DNA of 64,000 bases from Octopus bimaculoides (GCF_001194135.2 NC_068991.1:54218067-54282066); one strand, 5' to 3'. Shown: positions 25,215 through 38,779, counted from the stretch's first letter. The notes: generated from the sequence alone by a model not told the origin. Made by a program: numbers and translations.

Positions 25215-25700
25215 CTTATTTAAGCGCTTCGCTTCCTTTGGAGCAGAGGCCATCGGCGAATTTCTTCTACTCTTCTCGACTTTGAGTTGTCGTTCCTGAT
25301 TCCCTCGACTCGGATCCTTACTTTTTCCTTTCAGATTTTGCTGCACCACTTCCTATGTTTCCCTGAGGGAAAGCCTTCCTCTTCTAGATCTTTTGTTTAT
25401 GAATTATTATTGATGTTTCTGTAACTTTGCTTTTTCTAGGTAAGGATGTTGGCTTTATGCAAACCCATTTTTGCCTCTGGGAAGAGAAGGTTCATGTTAG
25501 TCTAACCTTTACCCTCTGACCTATCCAGCATGGGAGGCCCTGCCAGGAGCTTGCAATCTGGTGGCTTAGCTCTCTCTGGATCACTGAGGCATGCAAGCCA
25601 CCACACTACAAAAAGTATTTGTAATAGATTTAATGTCTTTGTCGAAGGAAAATTTGCAGTGCCCACAACCCTTTTCAGGGGATCCGTAACCAATGGGAAC
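25215..25700. mobile_element. RTE-like LINE 5'-UTR remnant
   Basis: gaggccctgccaggagc...ggcttagctctctctggatcactgaggcatgcaagccaccacactac resembles RTE 5' UTR motifs from memory only. Confidence 0.4.
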
Positions 25701-26925
25701 AAGGAAGGAAAACTCGGTTTCAATATTTGCTACAAAAGCGGTGAGCTGGCAGAATCGTTAGCACACCGGAAAAAATGCTTAGCAGCATTTCGTCCGTCAT
25801 TACGTTCTGAGTTCAAATTCCGCCGAGGTCGACTTTGTCTGTCATCTTTTCAGGGTCGATAAATTAAGTACCAGTGGAATTCTGTGGTCGATGTAATCGA
25901 CTTGTCTCCTCCCTTAAAATTTCAGGTCTTGTGGCTTTAGTAAAAGGGATTATTATTATTATTAAGGTGGCAACCTAACAGAATCATTAGCAAAATGCTT
26001 AGTGGCATTTCCTCCGTCTTTACGTTCTCAATTCAAATTCCGCTGAGGTCGACTTTACTTTCCATCATTTCGGTGTCGATAAAATAAGTACCAGCTGAGC
26101 ACTGAGGTTAATGTAATCGGTTTACGTCTTTTCTTGAATTTGATGGCCTTGTGTCAAAATTTGAAGCCAATATTTGCAACAAAGTGAATTCCGCTTAATG
26201 CATTCAAGAACCATTTGATGGTGTTTAAAACGCAGCAAAGTATAAATTGTGCCATCTTATAAGAGAAATTAGGGATGGTTTCTCTGAGATGGTGGAGTTC
26301 CTATTACAGTTGAATGGGAATCAGATACGGTTCCTCTGAAGGGTGGGACTTCTATGCAGTTTCTGAGTACCAAATTTATTTCACAAGGCGTTTATCAGTT
26401 CATGGCATGTTTGGGAAACACTTGATTCAAGTTCTGCGTTGTGGGTTGACCAGAAGCTATTTAGCAGCAAAGAGAACTATTTAACCAAAAATTAAAAAAA
26501 AGAACTGTTTATTTTTGTAACTATAGGCGGCGGTTGTTGTTGTATGTGCGCGTGTGTGTGTTTCATTGCATTCAGAGAATTATAATTATAAACTTTAGTT
26601 TAAGTTAACAAATTTGGATAGACGTGTATGTTCTTTTAAGAGGTGAAATATGGTTTGATTTCATACATACACATATATGTCTGTGTGTGCGTGTTAACAT
26701 AAGTGATACATTTTTATCCTGGTTTATTTCCTTGTTGAGGTTTTGTGCAAATTATTTCTCTGTCCTTCACTTCGAATTCCTCCACGTAAAGCTCTGGCGT
26801 GTTGTTTCAAGCAGTTTCTTTCAAAAGTTTGTAATACTTGGCTTAGGATCTTATATATTTCTCTCCTATTCTTTCTCTTTACTGTTTTTCATCAAGTAAA
26901 ACATGAAACTCCGGTTAAAACCGAC

Positions 26926-27195
26926 ATGTCCTTTTTAAAAACTTTCTTTCCTGGTATATTCACGATTTCAACTTTTGGTTTTATATATAGACTAGCAGTA
27001 ATACCCCTTGTTGGTCGGGCAATTACTTTTACTCTTTCTCGGGAACCATATTCAAAGTGTTATTACATATATAGATTTACTCCTCCTGTAGGTGTGTATT
27101 TTATAAGAAAAAAAAAACATGCAAGAATTGAAGTAGAAAAAGATCAATTTCATACACGAACTTCTGTTTGTTTATTATATGGCAATAATAAGTGA
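26926..27195 (+). CDS. Candidate orphan small ORF (89 aa from ATG, MSFLKTFFPGIF...), possibly a fifth alternative exon
   Basis: Stop-free frame from 26743 in AT-rich non-repeat DNA. ATG at 26926 follows a long pyrimidine tract. Moderately hydrophobic N-half. A perfect donor AA|GTGAGT at 27192 overlaps the stop. No recognisable family. Confidence 0.3.
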   Translation: MSFLKTFFPGIFTISTFGFIYRLAVIPLVGRAITFTLSREPYSKCYYIYRFTPPVGVYFIRKKKHARIEVEKDQFHTRTSVCLLYGNNK

Positions 27196-27503
27196 GTTGT
27201 ATGTGTTATTTCATATATCACTACAGCAATGGCAATTATATAATACACAAAGCTTTGGTCGGCACGGAGCTGTAATGAAAGAGAATTGCCCAACGTGCCA
27301 CACAGTGGGACTGAACCCAAGGCGATATGGTTGGAAAGCAAGCTTCTCAGCCACACAGCCATGCCTATAAAGGAGAAATTCATTTTGGATAATATACTCC
27401 TTGATACAATATGCTTAACAAAAAGATAAGCTGTTTACGGCGAGAAGACCTTTGATTTTAATATTTACTCGAGCAATGCAACAACTAACAACGCTACACC
27501 ATA

Positions 27504-27980
27504 CAGGGTGTTCTATAATTAACTGTTTCAATGAAATTGAGTAAATAAAAAAAAAACTGACAGAATTTTATGTTTATTACCAAAAACAAATAGATTTATA
27601 AATCTTACGTCAAACTTTTATGGAAAATTTTCAACATGTCTGTATCCCTGCATACTTCAAATCTCTCCTTAGCGTTGTGAAACACATTTTGAAGCGTTTC
27701 AGAAGTTAGCACCTGCACTGCTAACTGAATGTGTTCTTTAAGCTCAGCTAAACGATTGCTCCATCTTGGGGAATGAGATAAAGAAAACGATTGCTGCCAA
27801 ATTGAAAAAAGCTGTCATGGACAAATAAGAGGGGTCTAACAGGAATGAAAATAAAATTATAAACAAAATTCAATATTTATACACTTTTAACACAATTTAA
27901 AGATGATAACATAAATAAAAGTGAGTTTTAAAAAATGCATCCGATTTCACTCAGGTCATCATTAATTCTGGGACACCCTG
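27504..27980 (-). mobile_element. Internally deleted mariner/maT-like transposon
   Basis: TA-flanked TIRs CAGGGTGTTCTATAATTAA / CAGGGTGTCCCAGAATTAA. The minus strand joins QDGA directly to AELKEHIQLAVQVLTSETLQNVFHNAKERFEVC (transposase C-terminus). Confidence 0.8.
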
Positions 27981-30900
27981 TATTTACAGTCCCTGTTCTT
28001 CTAACATTACTCTATGTACTCTCTCTCTCTCTCTCTATCTCTCTCTCTGCTCTAAATAGGATTAAGTTATGCTGGATTAATTGTCAATATTCAGTACTGG
28101 ATTAATTTCACAGAATGGATTTTATGAACTTTAAAGGGTGAAGATAAATAATGGTTTCAAATTTTGGCATAAGGCCAGCAAGTTGGGGGAGAGGAGTAAG
28201 TTGATTACATGGATTCAAGGGCCCAACTAGTGCTTATTTTATCGATCCCTAAAGTAGACCTCAGAATTTGAACTTGGAGCATAAAGACGGGCGAAATGCC
28301 ACCAAGTATTTTTCCCGGAGTGTTAACTATTCTGCCAGCTGGAAATAAATAATGATTGCGATACTTATGACTTGTTCTAAGGTATAAGTGAATTAAAATA
28401 ACCACGATTAGGGATGGAAACCTAGTCATAGATTTTGCTTGTAGGGAACTTCATGATAATTCTCGGCGTTTACTTTATGATAAAATATTGGTATCTTTTG
28501 CGGAAGCGCAAAATCAAATGTATTCGTGGAAAAATTAAAGTCAAATGACATAAAAAGAATACATCTATCCTAGTTTATCACTGATCCAGGATAATGTTGT
28601 ACGCTCAGTATGAGCGGAGTTTACAGGTTATCGATCAGTCAAAGATTCTTCTTTGGGAGCAAAAGCGTACCCCAGCAGTTATCCACAAGACTCAGGACAG
28701 CTTGGGGAGTCTTAAAACAAAATCTATTTCCCTAGACATTCTATTATTTACTGAATCATTTAAAACACTGTGGGGTTTTCGGGGGAGAACGAAACACCCG
28801 TGATAAATGAGGATAGACATACTAACTTTACTAACTGTACTGATGTTGGAATAAGTAAAGAAAACATTAACTTCAACGGGATTTGAATTCAAAAGACGGC
28901 GGGGAATATGATATAATGTATATAGTCTTTTTTTTCTCTATGCTACTAACAAAAACTATAGTTTTTATGAATCTGATATTAGACTATACACACTAAATAA
29001 TTATTATATTGCTATAAGTGTGTAGATAATGGATCATATGCATCGTATTTGCTATCTATGATCCAAATTAAACAAATCAAACAACAGCTTCACTCTCTTT
29101 ATAAATTTTCAGCATAAATTTTCAAATTTATCTAAATCTATATTGAAATTAAATGTACAATATAGATATTTACATACGCATGTTGCGAAATAAATAAATA
29201 TAAAGAAAAGTAAAAAGCTTGAATATTTTTTTAAAATGTTATCAAAGTAAGCAAGTATTTGGCATCGTATACACATTTGTATCAAAACTGATAATCTCAC
29301 TGTTAACAAGAACTCCTCCTCTTTAAGAGGTTTAATATGTTGGGAGAGGCGAACGGATGAGGTTTAATCTTTATAATCTCTTTTGCTCGTGTCCTTATTT
29401 ATATTTATATTAAGATTAACTATTTACTCAATGCTTATATTAAAGGCAGATCAGAGATTAAATGATAATGACCTTTTGGGTTGACCAACGATCAGAAAGA
29501 GCCGCGTGTTTCAGTGACTCGTGATCCGACGAGAGCAGCTTTTCAGTGACGGTGAAAGAAGTGCTTCATGCAGATGTTTTTTACACAGCATTCGCCAGTG
29601 AGAAAAAGGTGCGTATGAAAGAGATAAATAAATAGATAGATTGAGAGAGAGAGAGAGAGAGGGGGGGAGTAGGGGAGAAAGAGTGAAGTATGGAGAAAAA
29701 GAGATAGAAGATGAGAGGGTAATAAAAATAATAGAAGCCTTGCTGTGCTAAATGATTCAAAATATTAAATGAAAATTGTATGTTATCCATAGAATTCAGG
29801 TTGAAAGTCTTCCTGAAGAGACTGTTCAATTGAGCTTCGTCACATCTAATGTTTCAGTGTCGATCTAGTTGCTATTGGTGATTTTACAACGTATATTCGT
29901 GAAATGTGTAACCCAATTATGATTGCTTTGAAACGAGAATGAACAATCAACTTTGCATCAGTTTTAAAGCTTGAATGCCCATCATCAACGCCACAGTAGC
30001 AATCTCTCAAATCTGACGCTTTTTCAGTTTTGCTATCAAACTCAGAAAAAACCACAAATTTTCACTTTAAATGCTCTCCGAGTTCTCGATGCAACGCATA
30101 ATTTTTTTTCTTTTGATTATATTATAAACAGATGATGAATTCACCAATTCCAAATTGTTTGGTTGAACAGCTATTTCGTGTTTCTTCATATATTTTTTAA
30201 TATTTGAAGTTTTTCACCAATTTTTAAAAAAGCAACGACGCGTCGAAGCATTCACGTACATATAATATTGTTGTAACCCGTGTACAGAAGATTACACATT
30301 AATTATGCAGAAAAATGAGCGTGTAATCAGTTTACTGTATTTCCAAACCGGACCGCGTATGTTAAAAAGCATATGATCACAGGACCAGCGTTATTCAGTC
30401 GACCAGTTTTCCCCAATCTTTACCCACATTTTCTTCGCCTCTCTTGATTCAATTCTCGCTGTTGTACCTTACGATCGTGGAGGCGCAATGGCCCAGTGGT
30501 TGGGGCAGCGGACTCGCGGTCATAGGATCGCAGTTTCGATTCCCAGACCGGGCGTTGTGAGTGTTTATTGAGCGAAAACACCTAAAGCTCCACGAGGCTC
30601 CGGCAGGGGATAGTGGCGAACCCTGCTGTACTCTTTCTCTCACTCTTACTTCCTATGTCTGTTGTGCCTGTAATTCAAAGGGTCAGCCTTGTCACACTGT
30701 GTCACGCTGAATATCCACGAGAACTACATTAAGGGTNNNNNNNNNNNNNNNNNNNNNNNNNNNNNNNNNNNNNNNNNNNNNNNNNNNNNNNNNNNNNNNN
30801 NNNNNNNNNNNNNNNNNNNNNNNNNNNNNNNNNNNNNNNNNNNNNNNNNNNNNNNNNNNNNNNNNNNNNNNNNNNNNNNNNNNNNNNNNNNNNNNNNNNN

Positions 30901-32849
30901 NNNNNNNNNNNNNNNNNNNNNNNNNNNNNNNNNNNNNNNNNNNNNNNNNNNNNNNNNNNNNNNNNNNNNNNNNNNNNNNNNNNNNNNNNNNNNNNNNNNN
31001 NNNNNNNNNNNNNNNNNNNNNNNNNNNNNNNNNCGTGCTACGGATGAAAGCAAAGCAACAGTTAAGGAGTGGCATATTTTACCACGACAGACACGTACAC
31101 AGCATCGAATACCACGATGTGAGTGAAAGCTGCTCTCACTGTATTGTCCTGTGTCTGGTAATCCCTTCGATACCGACATCAAAGCAAAAAAAGAATCCTG
31201 ACCACAGAGTGTGGGTAATTATGTCAAATGTCACTGGCAATGTGCATTCAGCTGATTGCAACTGTTAAAGCAAATCACTGAGCATGCGTACATGTCATAC
31301 GGGAGAGATCCAATCAGGGGTGGATAACACCTTATAGGAAAGCCCTATAGATAGTAGGAAAAACTCCGTATTTGGCAGATAACTTTATACACATTTGACG
31401 AAGAAATTTAAAAATAGTGTTATTAATATATAGTTAGTTGAGAAAACTCTGTATCTAGGGAAAACCGTTATACACATTTTCTGAAGAAAGTTAAGAATAT
31501 GGTTATTAGTATATAGAAAGTCGGAAAGACTCCAGAAAATACCTTTGTGCATTATACGAAGATGGTTAGATACAGCGATTAGTATATTTGTGTTCGAGTC
31601 TGCCGGGACATATTAAGAATGAATATGAAAGTAATCGTCTAGATTCTCGCAGTTCACCGTGCAAATATCGATTCATTATCTGTTAGAAGATATCAGCATG
31701 GATCACCAAACAGTTTATTCGCTGAAATTATAAACAAGGCTATCGGCTCTTCTCAGATTCGTTAGTCGGGGTGCTTCTGGCTGATGAAACACAACATGTC
31801 GAAACATCGATATCCTAGAATCACTTACATGAATGAACCGATTGTATTATGAACGCTTAATCGGCGTAAAGGAGGAGCTGTTTTCATGTGATGAATGCAA
31901 CAGCGATTACCATATTTGCGTTCGAATCTACCGGGACGCATTAAAAATAGATATGTAAGATATCTTGTGCGCATGTGTGTGTGTGTGAGTGATATATATT
32001 ACATAAACATATACATGCATACATGCAAGCACACACATATACATACGTAGTTAAGATCTCTATAGGCGGTTTCATGTGGATTTCCAGCGCTTATTTTTTT
32101 TATGTCTTCTCAAATGAACTAAGACACCTATTCAAATAGTTATATATATGGTCATACTTCTTTAATAGAAGAATATAGAGTCCACATTTTCAGTGTATTG
32201 AGTCCTCTATTTTGAGTTGTTGCCTACTTGATTCTTATTCGAGAATTACAGTACATTAGAAATAATGACGGGAGCTAGGCTAGAAGTTTGAGAAAACACT
32301 CGAAGCGCTAGGATAGTTTAGGAGGAAGTTTCAAACAGATCAACGTGCGCGACTTATCATCACTCGAATCAGAGATGGTTTTCAGGTAGATGGAATTGTT
32401 TATAATGTCAACAAGAAACTTTCAGGAAGACCGCGGACATCGAAGAGTCCCACAAAGGAAGAAAGGGTATTAGAAACGTATTGCCAGAATTCAAGAAAAT
32501 TTACGCAGCAAATGATTCTTGAGACAGAGATTTTAAAATTAAGAGTATATTGCAATTTGAAATACTGCCATTGAAAAAGTTACATTCCAAGAATTGTTTG
32601 TACTTCAAATGAAAATAATCGGGAACGAAGAGTGTAGTTTTGCGAGTGGCACTTGGCAGAATGTGCACAATTGCGCCTATTGAGGACCTGAGAATCCACA
32701 TGTTACTAAGGAATATCTTGTTAATTTACCAGAAGTTAAAGTATGGTGCAGCTTATAGTCAAAAGGATTAATTGGACTATAAATTTTTGACTGTACTTTG
32801 ACTGGTTCTATTTACTTGAACTCGCCGAGCACCAGGGAGGGCTTTAGAG

Positions 32850-33512
32850 ATGTGGATTTTTATTTCCAACAAGATGAGCGTCCTAACACTTCCACAGTAA
32901 TGTAAGGGCTTACTTCGTTGAGAAAAATGCTTCCCCTGGACGAGGAGGTTAATTAGAATATTCTCTGAATTCACCAGACATCATACTACTAGACATTTTT
33001 ATGGAAATACATAAAAGACAAAATTTACAAAACACAACCGGTGACAGCCGTCAAATTGATGGCCGCCATTGAAAGAAAATACTCACAAATACGGAAAGAA
33101 ATGTTTCTTGATGTTTGCGATTCCACTACTTAGCTTCATCAGTTGTGCCTAGACCAGAATGGTCACCAATTTGAAAGGAAGCATTTATAAAATAGTATAA
33201 TTCTTCTGTGTAGATTCTATTAAATTTTGAAAATGAAATGTATTTTAATAAATACTGACTTTATAATCCATTTACGGCGGCGAGCTGGCAGAATCGTTAG
33301 CACGTCGAGCGAAATGCTTAGCGGTATTTCGTCTGCTGTTACGTTCTAAGTTCAAATTCCGCCGAGGTCGATTAAATAAGTACCAGTTACGCACTGAGGT
33401 CGATGTAATCAACTTAATCCTTTTGTCTGTCCTTGTTTGTCCCCTCTATGTTTAGCCCCTATAGGCAATAAAGAAATAAATATGTGTATTCATTTTTGGG
33501 AGGACGCCCTAT
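32850..33512 (+). mobile_element. Decayed mariner/maT-like transposase 3' part interrupted by a family A SINE (33275-33480)
   Basis: Reads FQQDE..., NSPDIILLDIF (resembling RSPDLTPLDFF) and CLDQNGHQFE. TIR-like gtgtattcatttttgggaggacgccctatgta at about 33484-33514. Confidence 0.7.
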
Positions 33513-34149
33513 GTATACATATATACTTAGCATTATAGTAGATTCACCATCTTAAATACCTCCAGTCAGACACAAATAACTTTGTAACTGAAACTAATTC
33601 AAGGATGATCAGTACAGCATTTGTTGTACCTTAATTCGATGTAAATCAGAAAAATTACAATTGGTATATCGTAATCATTATAAAGTAATTACAGGAAACG
33701 TTATGTAACTAATATTAGCTCGTGTGAAGGCGGCGAGCTGACAGAATCGTTAATGCGGGGGTGGGGTGGGGGGTGGAGGGAAAATGCTTAACGGCATTTT
33801 GTCCGCCTTTACATTCTGAGTTCAAATGCCACCGGGGTCGACTTTGCCCTTCATCCTCTCGGAGTCATTAATATATATAGTACCAGTTGAACACTGGGGT
33901 CGATGTAATCGACTTATCCCCTCCTCTGAAACTGCTGGCCTTGTGCCAAAATTTGAAACCAATATTAGCTCGTTTGTTATTGTCGTTTAATACCAATTCA
34001 TACCTGATCGTGAAAACCTAGAATCAAAAGCGTTTCATTTGTGATCAAGCCGTCTTTAGGATTTTAGGTATAAATGCATCAAGGAGTACATTATCGAAAA
34101 TGCACTTATAAGTACTTATTATTTACTTCTCAATTTTTAAAATTTTTGA

Positions 34150-34891
34150 ATGTATCAAAAGATAAAGTATTGTTTATTTAAGAGGATAAAATGCGATGAA
34201 AGAATATTAGATATTAAATAAAAGTGTAAATGTAAAAGGTCAATCTGTTTCAGGCCTCAAGACTCGGATTAACAAGAAGAGTAAAACAAGAGTGAAAATG
34301 TGATAGATCAGTGAATTTCGTTTAAAAAAGAAAGAGATGAGGTATAAACCAAGAAAGAACAGAAATAGAGAAAGAAGCGAATGATATTTAGAAGGGAAAG
34401 TATTTAAGATTCAAGTAGTTTAAAAACTATGAGAATATATTAAGAGTGTCCAGTGTTTTCATTCATTACTGAACGGACATACCTGAAACAGGAGCCGTGT
34501 GGAACTATTTCTAGTGTATTCTCTATTCTATTATTCCGAATTACAAGGAAGGATATTAAAATGTTGACTGATACAAACAGGATAAAATACGCGGGCACTG
34601 GTTATGAAGATGAAGTAGAACCAGACAAAAGGGATCATATGATTATGAAATATAAATATTTGGCATTTAAAATGGTTATGATTTCAATTTATGTTTCTCT
34701 GATACTTGGTACTGCCGTCTTTTTAATGGCTTATATATTTTTGTGGCATCCTATCAGGGGTAATTACAGTTCCCATCATATCTACATCGATCATCAGAAA
34801 CCTCTTTACCATTCGGAATGAAGCATTTCAGAGGTAATACAATTATTTATCTGCTTTTACTGTTGTAGAGTGTCCCAGCATCTGTTATGTG
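34150..34891 (+). repeat. Copy A of a 0.74-kb near-identical duplication containing paralog 3
   Basis: Aligns to 39249-39993 with about 7 substitutions and one 3-nt indel by eye. Flanks on both sides are unrelated. Confidence 0.95.
34561..34821 (+). CDS. inaF-like: InaF-motif membrane microprotein, paralog 3 (86 aa; one Tyr of the YY pair missing)
   Basis: taaaATG at 34561. Reads KMVMISIYVSLILGTAVFLMAYIFLWHPIRGNYSSHHIYIDHQKPLYHSE. Tail aligns without gaps to paralogs 1 and 2. Confidence 0.8.
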   Translation: MLTDTNRIKYAGTGYEDEVEPDKRDHMIMKYKYLAFKMVMISIYVSLILGTAVFLMAYIFLWHPIRGNYSSHHIYIDHQKPLYHSE

Positions 34892-35238
34892 AAATTGTTA
34901 AGAATGTTTATGCTTTGGTAAAGAGAAGGGTGCTCTAAATTATGACTTCAGATCAAGTTGATTATAATCAACCATATATGACTTAGAGGTGATTGATCTC
35001 GTGTTTTCGAGGACAGTGGCAATATTCAAATTTCTTCTTTGAGCTAGTTGCTGGTTCAAACTTAACATCCTTGATGGCATTTGCTTTCAAACGAACATGT
35101 ACAACTGTTTTTACAATACCTGTATCGCTATAAGGTACTGAGTTTATAATATCACCGTATATACTTAAACAGTTTACTTTAGAGATGAATTAAACAATTT
35201 TTGAACATAAAATAATCAGATCAAATATCAGCGTATAT

Positions 35239-35504
35239 GTGGAAACGCGTGGCTTAGTGGTTAGGGTGTCAGCATCATGATCGTAAGATTGTGGTTTCGA
35301 TTCCTGGACCGGGCGACGCGTTGTGTTCTTGAGCAAAACATTTCATTTCACGTTGCTCCAGTTCCACTCAGCTGGCAAAAATGAGTAATCCTGCGATGGA
35401 CTGGCGCCCCGTCCAGCTGGGGAACACATACGCCATTGAAACCGGGAAACCGGGTCCATGAGCCTGGCTAGGCTTTAAAAGGGCGCATTTATCATATTAT
35501 TATT
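35239..35504 (+). mobile_element. tRNA-derived SINE with a V-SINE-like central domain and 13-bp TSD
   Basis: TSD tatcagcgtatat at 35226-35238 and 35505-35517. The central cctgcgatggactggcgccccgtccag resembles the V-domain as I recall it. Confidence 0.85.
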
Positions 35505-38500
35505 TATCAGCGTATATATAATATTATACACATGGATATTAATGACTTCACCTTAAAATCACTGAAGACTTCAAAAAGAACCAAAAGTTGACAACTTAAT
35601 GCATTAAACAATTATGTAAATTGTGTGTATGTGTGTGGGGAGAGGTATTTACAAATTTATGATACACATACAAATATCAATCAATGTTAGCTGATTTGGA
35701 AACATTCATAACTCATTTATTCCACACATATAAATCTGCACAAAATACGTACAACTCAATCTAAACTAAACTACACCTAATCTAAACTAAAACCAGATTT
35801 TGTCTGTCTAAATCCATTGATGATTGTAAAGGTTTTGTACAGACATGGTTGTTTTATGAGCTGTAAGCTAAATGTTTGCTTGAAAGTTGCCCCTTTTGGA
35901 ATGCTATTCCAAGACATCAGTTGTCAGGTGTACTCACTCCATATTTCACATTTTGTGATGGGGTATCTTCAGTCTCAACTGGTCAATATTGGCGCCATCT
36001 GTGCATGATTCATTAAAGTTCAGCCTGCAGACAAACTACACGACAATCTCCCTTACTCGTAATATATTGATTTCAAATTTTGGCAAAAGGCCAGCAATTT
36101 TGGGGAAAGGGGTAAATCGATTATTTCGACCCCATCGCTCGACTCCGAAAGAGTGAATGATAAAATTGACTTCTGCGGAATTTGAACTCAGAACGTAAAG
36201 ACGGACGAAAAGCTGCTATGTATTTTGCCCGGCGTGCTAACGATACTGCCCGCTCGCCACCTTTCTTAGTTCTAATATGACATGGAATGTTAGCAACTGT
36301 GAAAATTCTTTGATAAGATTTGGACATTTGTTGTTTATCCTCACAGTGCATCGCTTTACTTTAAACTTAAAAGTCAAAGGGTTTTCTCATCCATAAACGC
36401 ATGAAAGAGAGCAATTGCTCTGCATGTTGTATCTCCTAAGCAGTAGCGTAGCTTGGAGGTTAGGCGAGGGAATGATCCTCCCCGAGCGACGCTTTTATGT
36501 AGGTGGTACTTTTGGGTCTATGAGCCCCGGAAAGGGGGCAAAAATCTAAAGGGCTGCCTCTGATAACACACACTCTAGTAATACCAATGCTCTTAAGCTA
36601 ACGATTCTGCCAACACGCCGTCTTACATCTAAGAAATATTAATCAACAATACGGTATACACTATAGAGGCAGCATTTAATTGAAATAGCCACATGATACA
36701 TCGGTGGCTACTTTACTTAAATATTGCTTCAATTGAGGATACTGGATTATTAATCAGCCATGCAGCTGTTTGCAACATCAGTGATTGTTTTATTCATTTT
36801 TCCTTTTATCAGAGACGAGGGATTCTCGCCCGATCATGTAACTGGTTGCGAGTACACGCCATTGAAAAAGCGCAAGTTTGCCGAAATGTATGTGGAGTGC
36901 TTACTGTCCGCTGCTGGGACAAATTTTCTCCTCTGATACTTGTGTTTTCAACACAGCATGTTAATAAGAGTTGTTATCTCAAGACATACTGCAGTAACTG
37001 GCCTGTCAACGGGGTATATACATTGAGTAGGATGTATATAGATGGCTATTTTAATTAATCAACAACTACCTCTGGGCAGATGTTTAAGGTAATGTGCCCC
37101 TCAGTGTTCCAGGTAGTGTGTCACTCATAGTTGCAGGTAGAGTATCACTTAGTACTCTACCCTCAATAATAATGAGCGGACAAGCATTGGACAATATGAA
37201 TTGTTCATTTCCTGTCATTGATTTGCCCAGTGTTCATAATATGATATGATGTAGGAGTTGAGAAACCTCTCAGGAGAGAGTACCGGGTTGGGATGGGAAG
37301 AAAGTTAATGGCATCCATTTGTGTTCAGATGGAACTATCAATTCAAACTTTAGAGTTCGATGAATATTGTTACTTTCCAGCGAAAGACAGGTTCATGTCC
37401 TTAGTCTCTATATTTCCCTGAATTAACTTTTTATTGTCTGTTGGGGTTGAAGTCATACTTTAGCTTTGATATACACTTGTTAACGGTTTAAATATGCTTG
37501 AGGCATATTCAAACCAGTAAGAAAATCATTCATTACGTTTTGTCATGGAAAAGAATTCTCCATGTCAGTTCGGAGCGCCCTCTACTCAGATTAATGGATG
37601 CGTGCATTTAGGAGTAGTTATCTCCTCTTCAAGAGCGCTCCGAACTGATTGGTCCGAACTCGTTTACACCTATTTGGCTACAGTGAGAATTTTTGTCATG
37701 ACAAAATATAGTGAACAGCTTTCATACGTGTTCGAATATGTCTGAAACATATTTGAACAAGTAACAAGTCTATATTTGTGCACATCATTGCTTAGCGCTT
37801 CTAATCCGTATCTTACCTTTTAATATTATATTAAAAAGTAAACTCTAGCATCAGTTTGGAATGAAAATAAAATTTTTCATTTTGACACTTACCATAAACG
37901 TCATTAAAATTTACCAAGTTACGTCATAAAACTGCTTCTGTATGTTTATTCAAGCCAATTATTTATGTTTACTTGTGATTATTAGGATTCTGCTAAACAC
38001 ACACACACACACACACACNNNNNNNNNNNNNNNNNNNNNNNNNNNNNNNNNNNNNNNNNNNNNNNNNNNNNNNNNNNNNNNNNNNNNNNNNNNNNNNNNN
38101 NNNNNNNNNNNNNNNNNNNNNNNNNNNNNNNNNNNNNNNNNNNNNNNNNNNNNNNNNNNNNNNNNNNNNNNNNNNNNNNNNNNNNNNNNNNNNNNNNNNN
38201 NNNNNNNNNNNNNNNNNNNNNNNNNNNNNNNNNNNNNNNNNNNNNNNNNNNNNNNNNNNNNNNNNNNNNNNNNNNNNNNNNNNNNNNNNNNNNNNNNNNN
38301 NNNNNNNNNNNNNNNNNNNNNNNNNNNNNNNNNNNNNNNNNNNNNNNNNNNNNNNNNNNNNNNNNNNNNNNNNNNNNNNNNNNNNNNNNNNNNNNNNNNN
38401 NNNNNNNNNNNNNNNNNNNNNNNNNNNNNNNNNNNNNNNNNNNNNNNNNNNNNNNNNNNNNNNNNNNNNNNNNNNNNNNNNNNNNNNNNNNNNNNNNNNN

Positions 38501-38779
38501 NNNNNNNNNNNNNCTGTAAAAATCTGTAAAACTTTCCAGAAGTTTATCATTTAAATATATATGAGCATGTCTAGATATGTAACTATATGCATTAGAATAC
38601 ATACATACATACATACATACATACATACATACAAACAAAAATACCCTGTTGTTGATGTTAGAAACCGGTTCTTTCTCTGTTGGCAAGAAATCTTAAAATA
38701 AACTGGATAATGACATACATTCATAGAAGAGTTGACTATATCTCAAAATATGAGTATCGTCCTGTCTGACCATAATTCT

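Noticed and set aside
27000-27060. Possible frameshifted RGNY (cgg gc aat tac) making the 26.9-kb ORF an InaF pseudogene
   Set aside because: No upstream YY-x-FLW and no HH tail in any frame. A four-residue match needing an indel is expected by chance.
28594-28803. ILLWEQ as another InaF-like ORF
   Set aside because: TTG start, no hydrophobic helix before the W, and no RGNYS/His tail.
34453-34560. 36-aa N-terminal extensions of paralogs 3 and 4, and the TTG start at 15485
   Set aside because: They depend on GTG/TTG starts, which are not expected in an animal gene. The first ATGs have good context and give lengths matching paralog 1.
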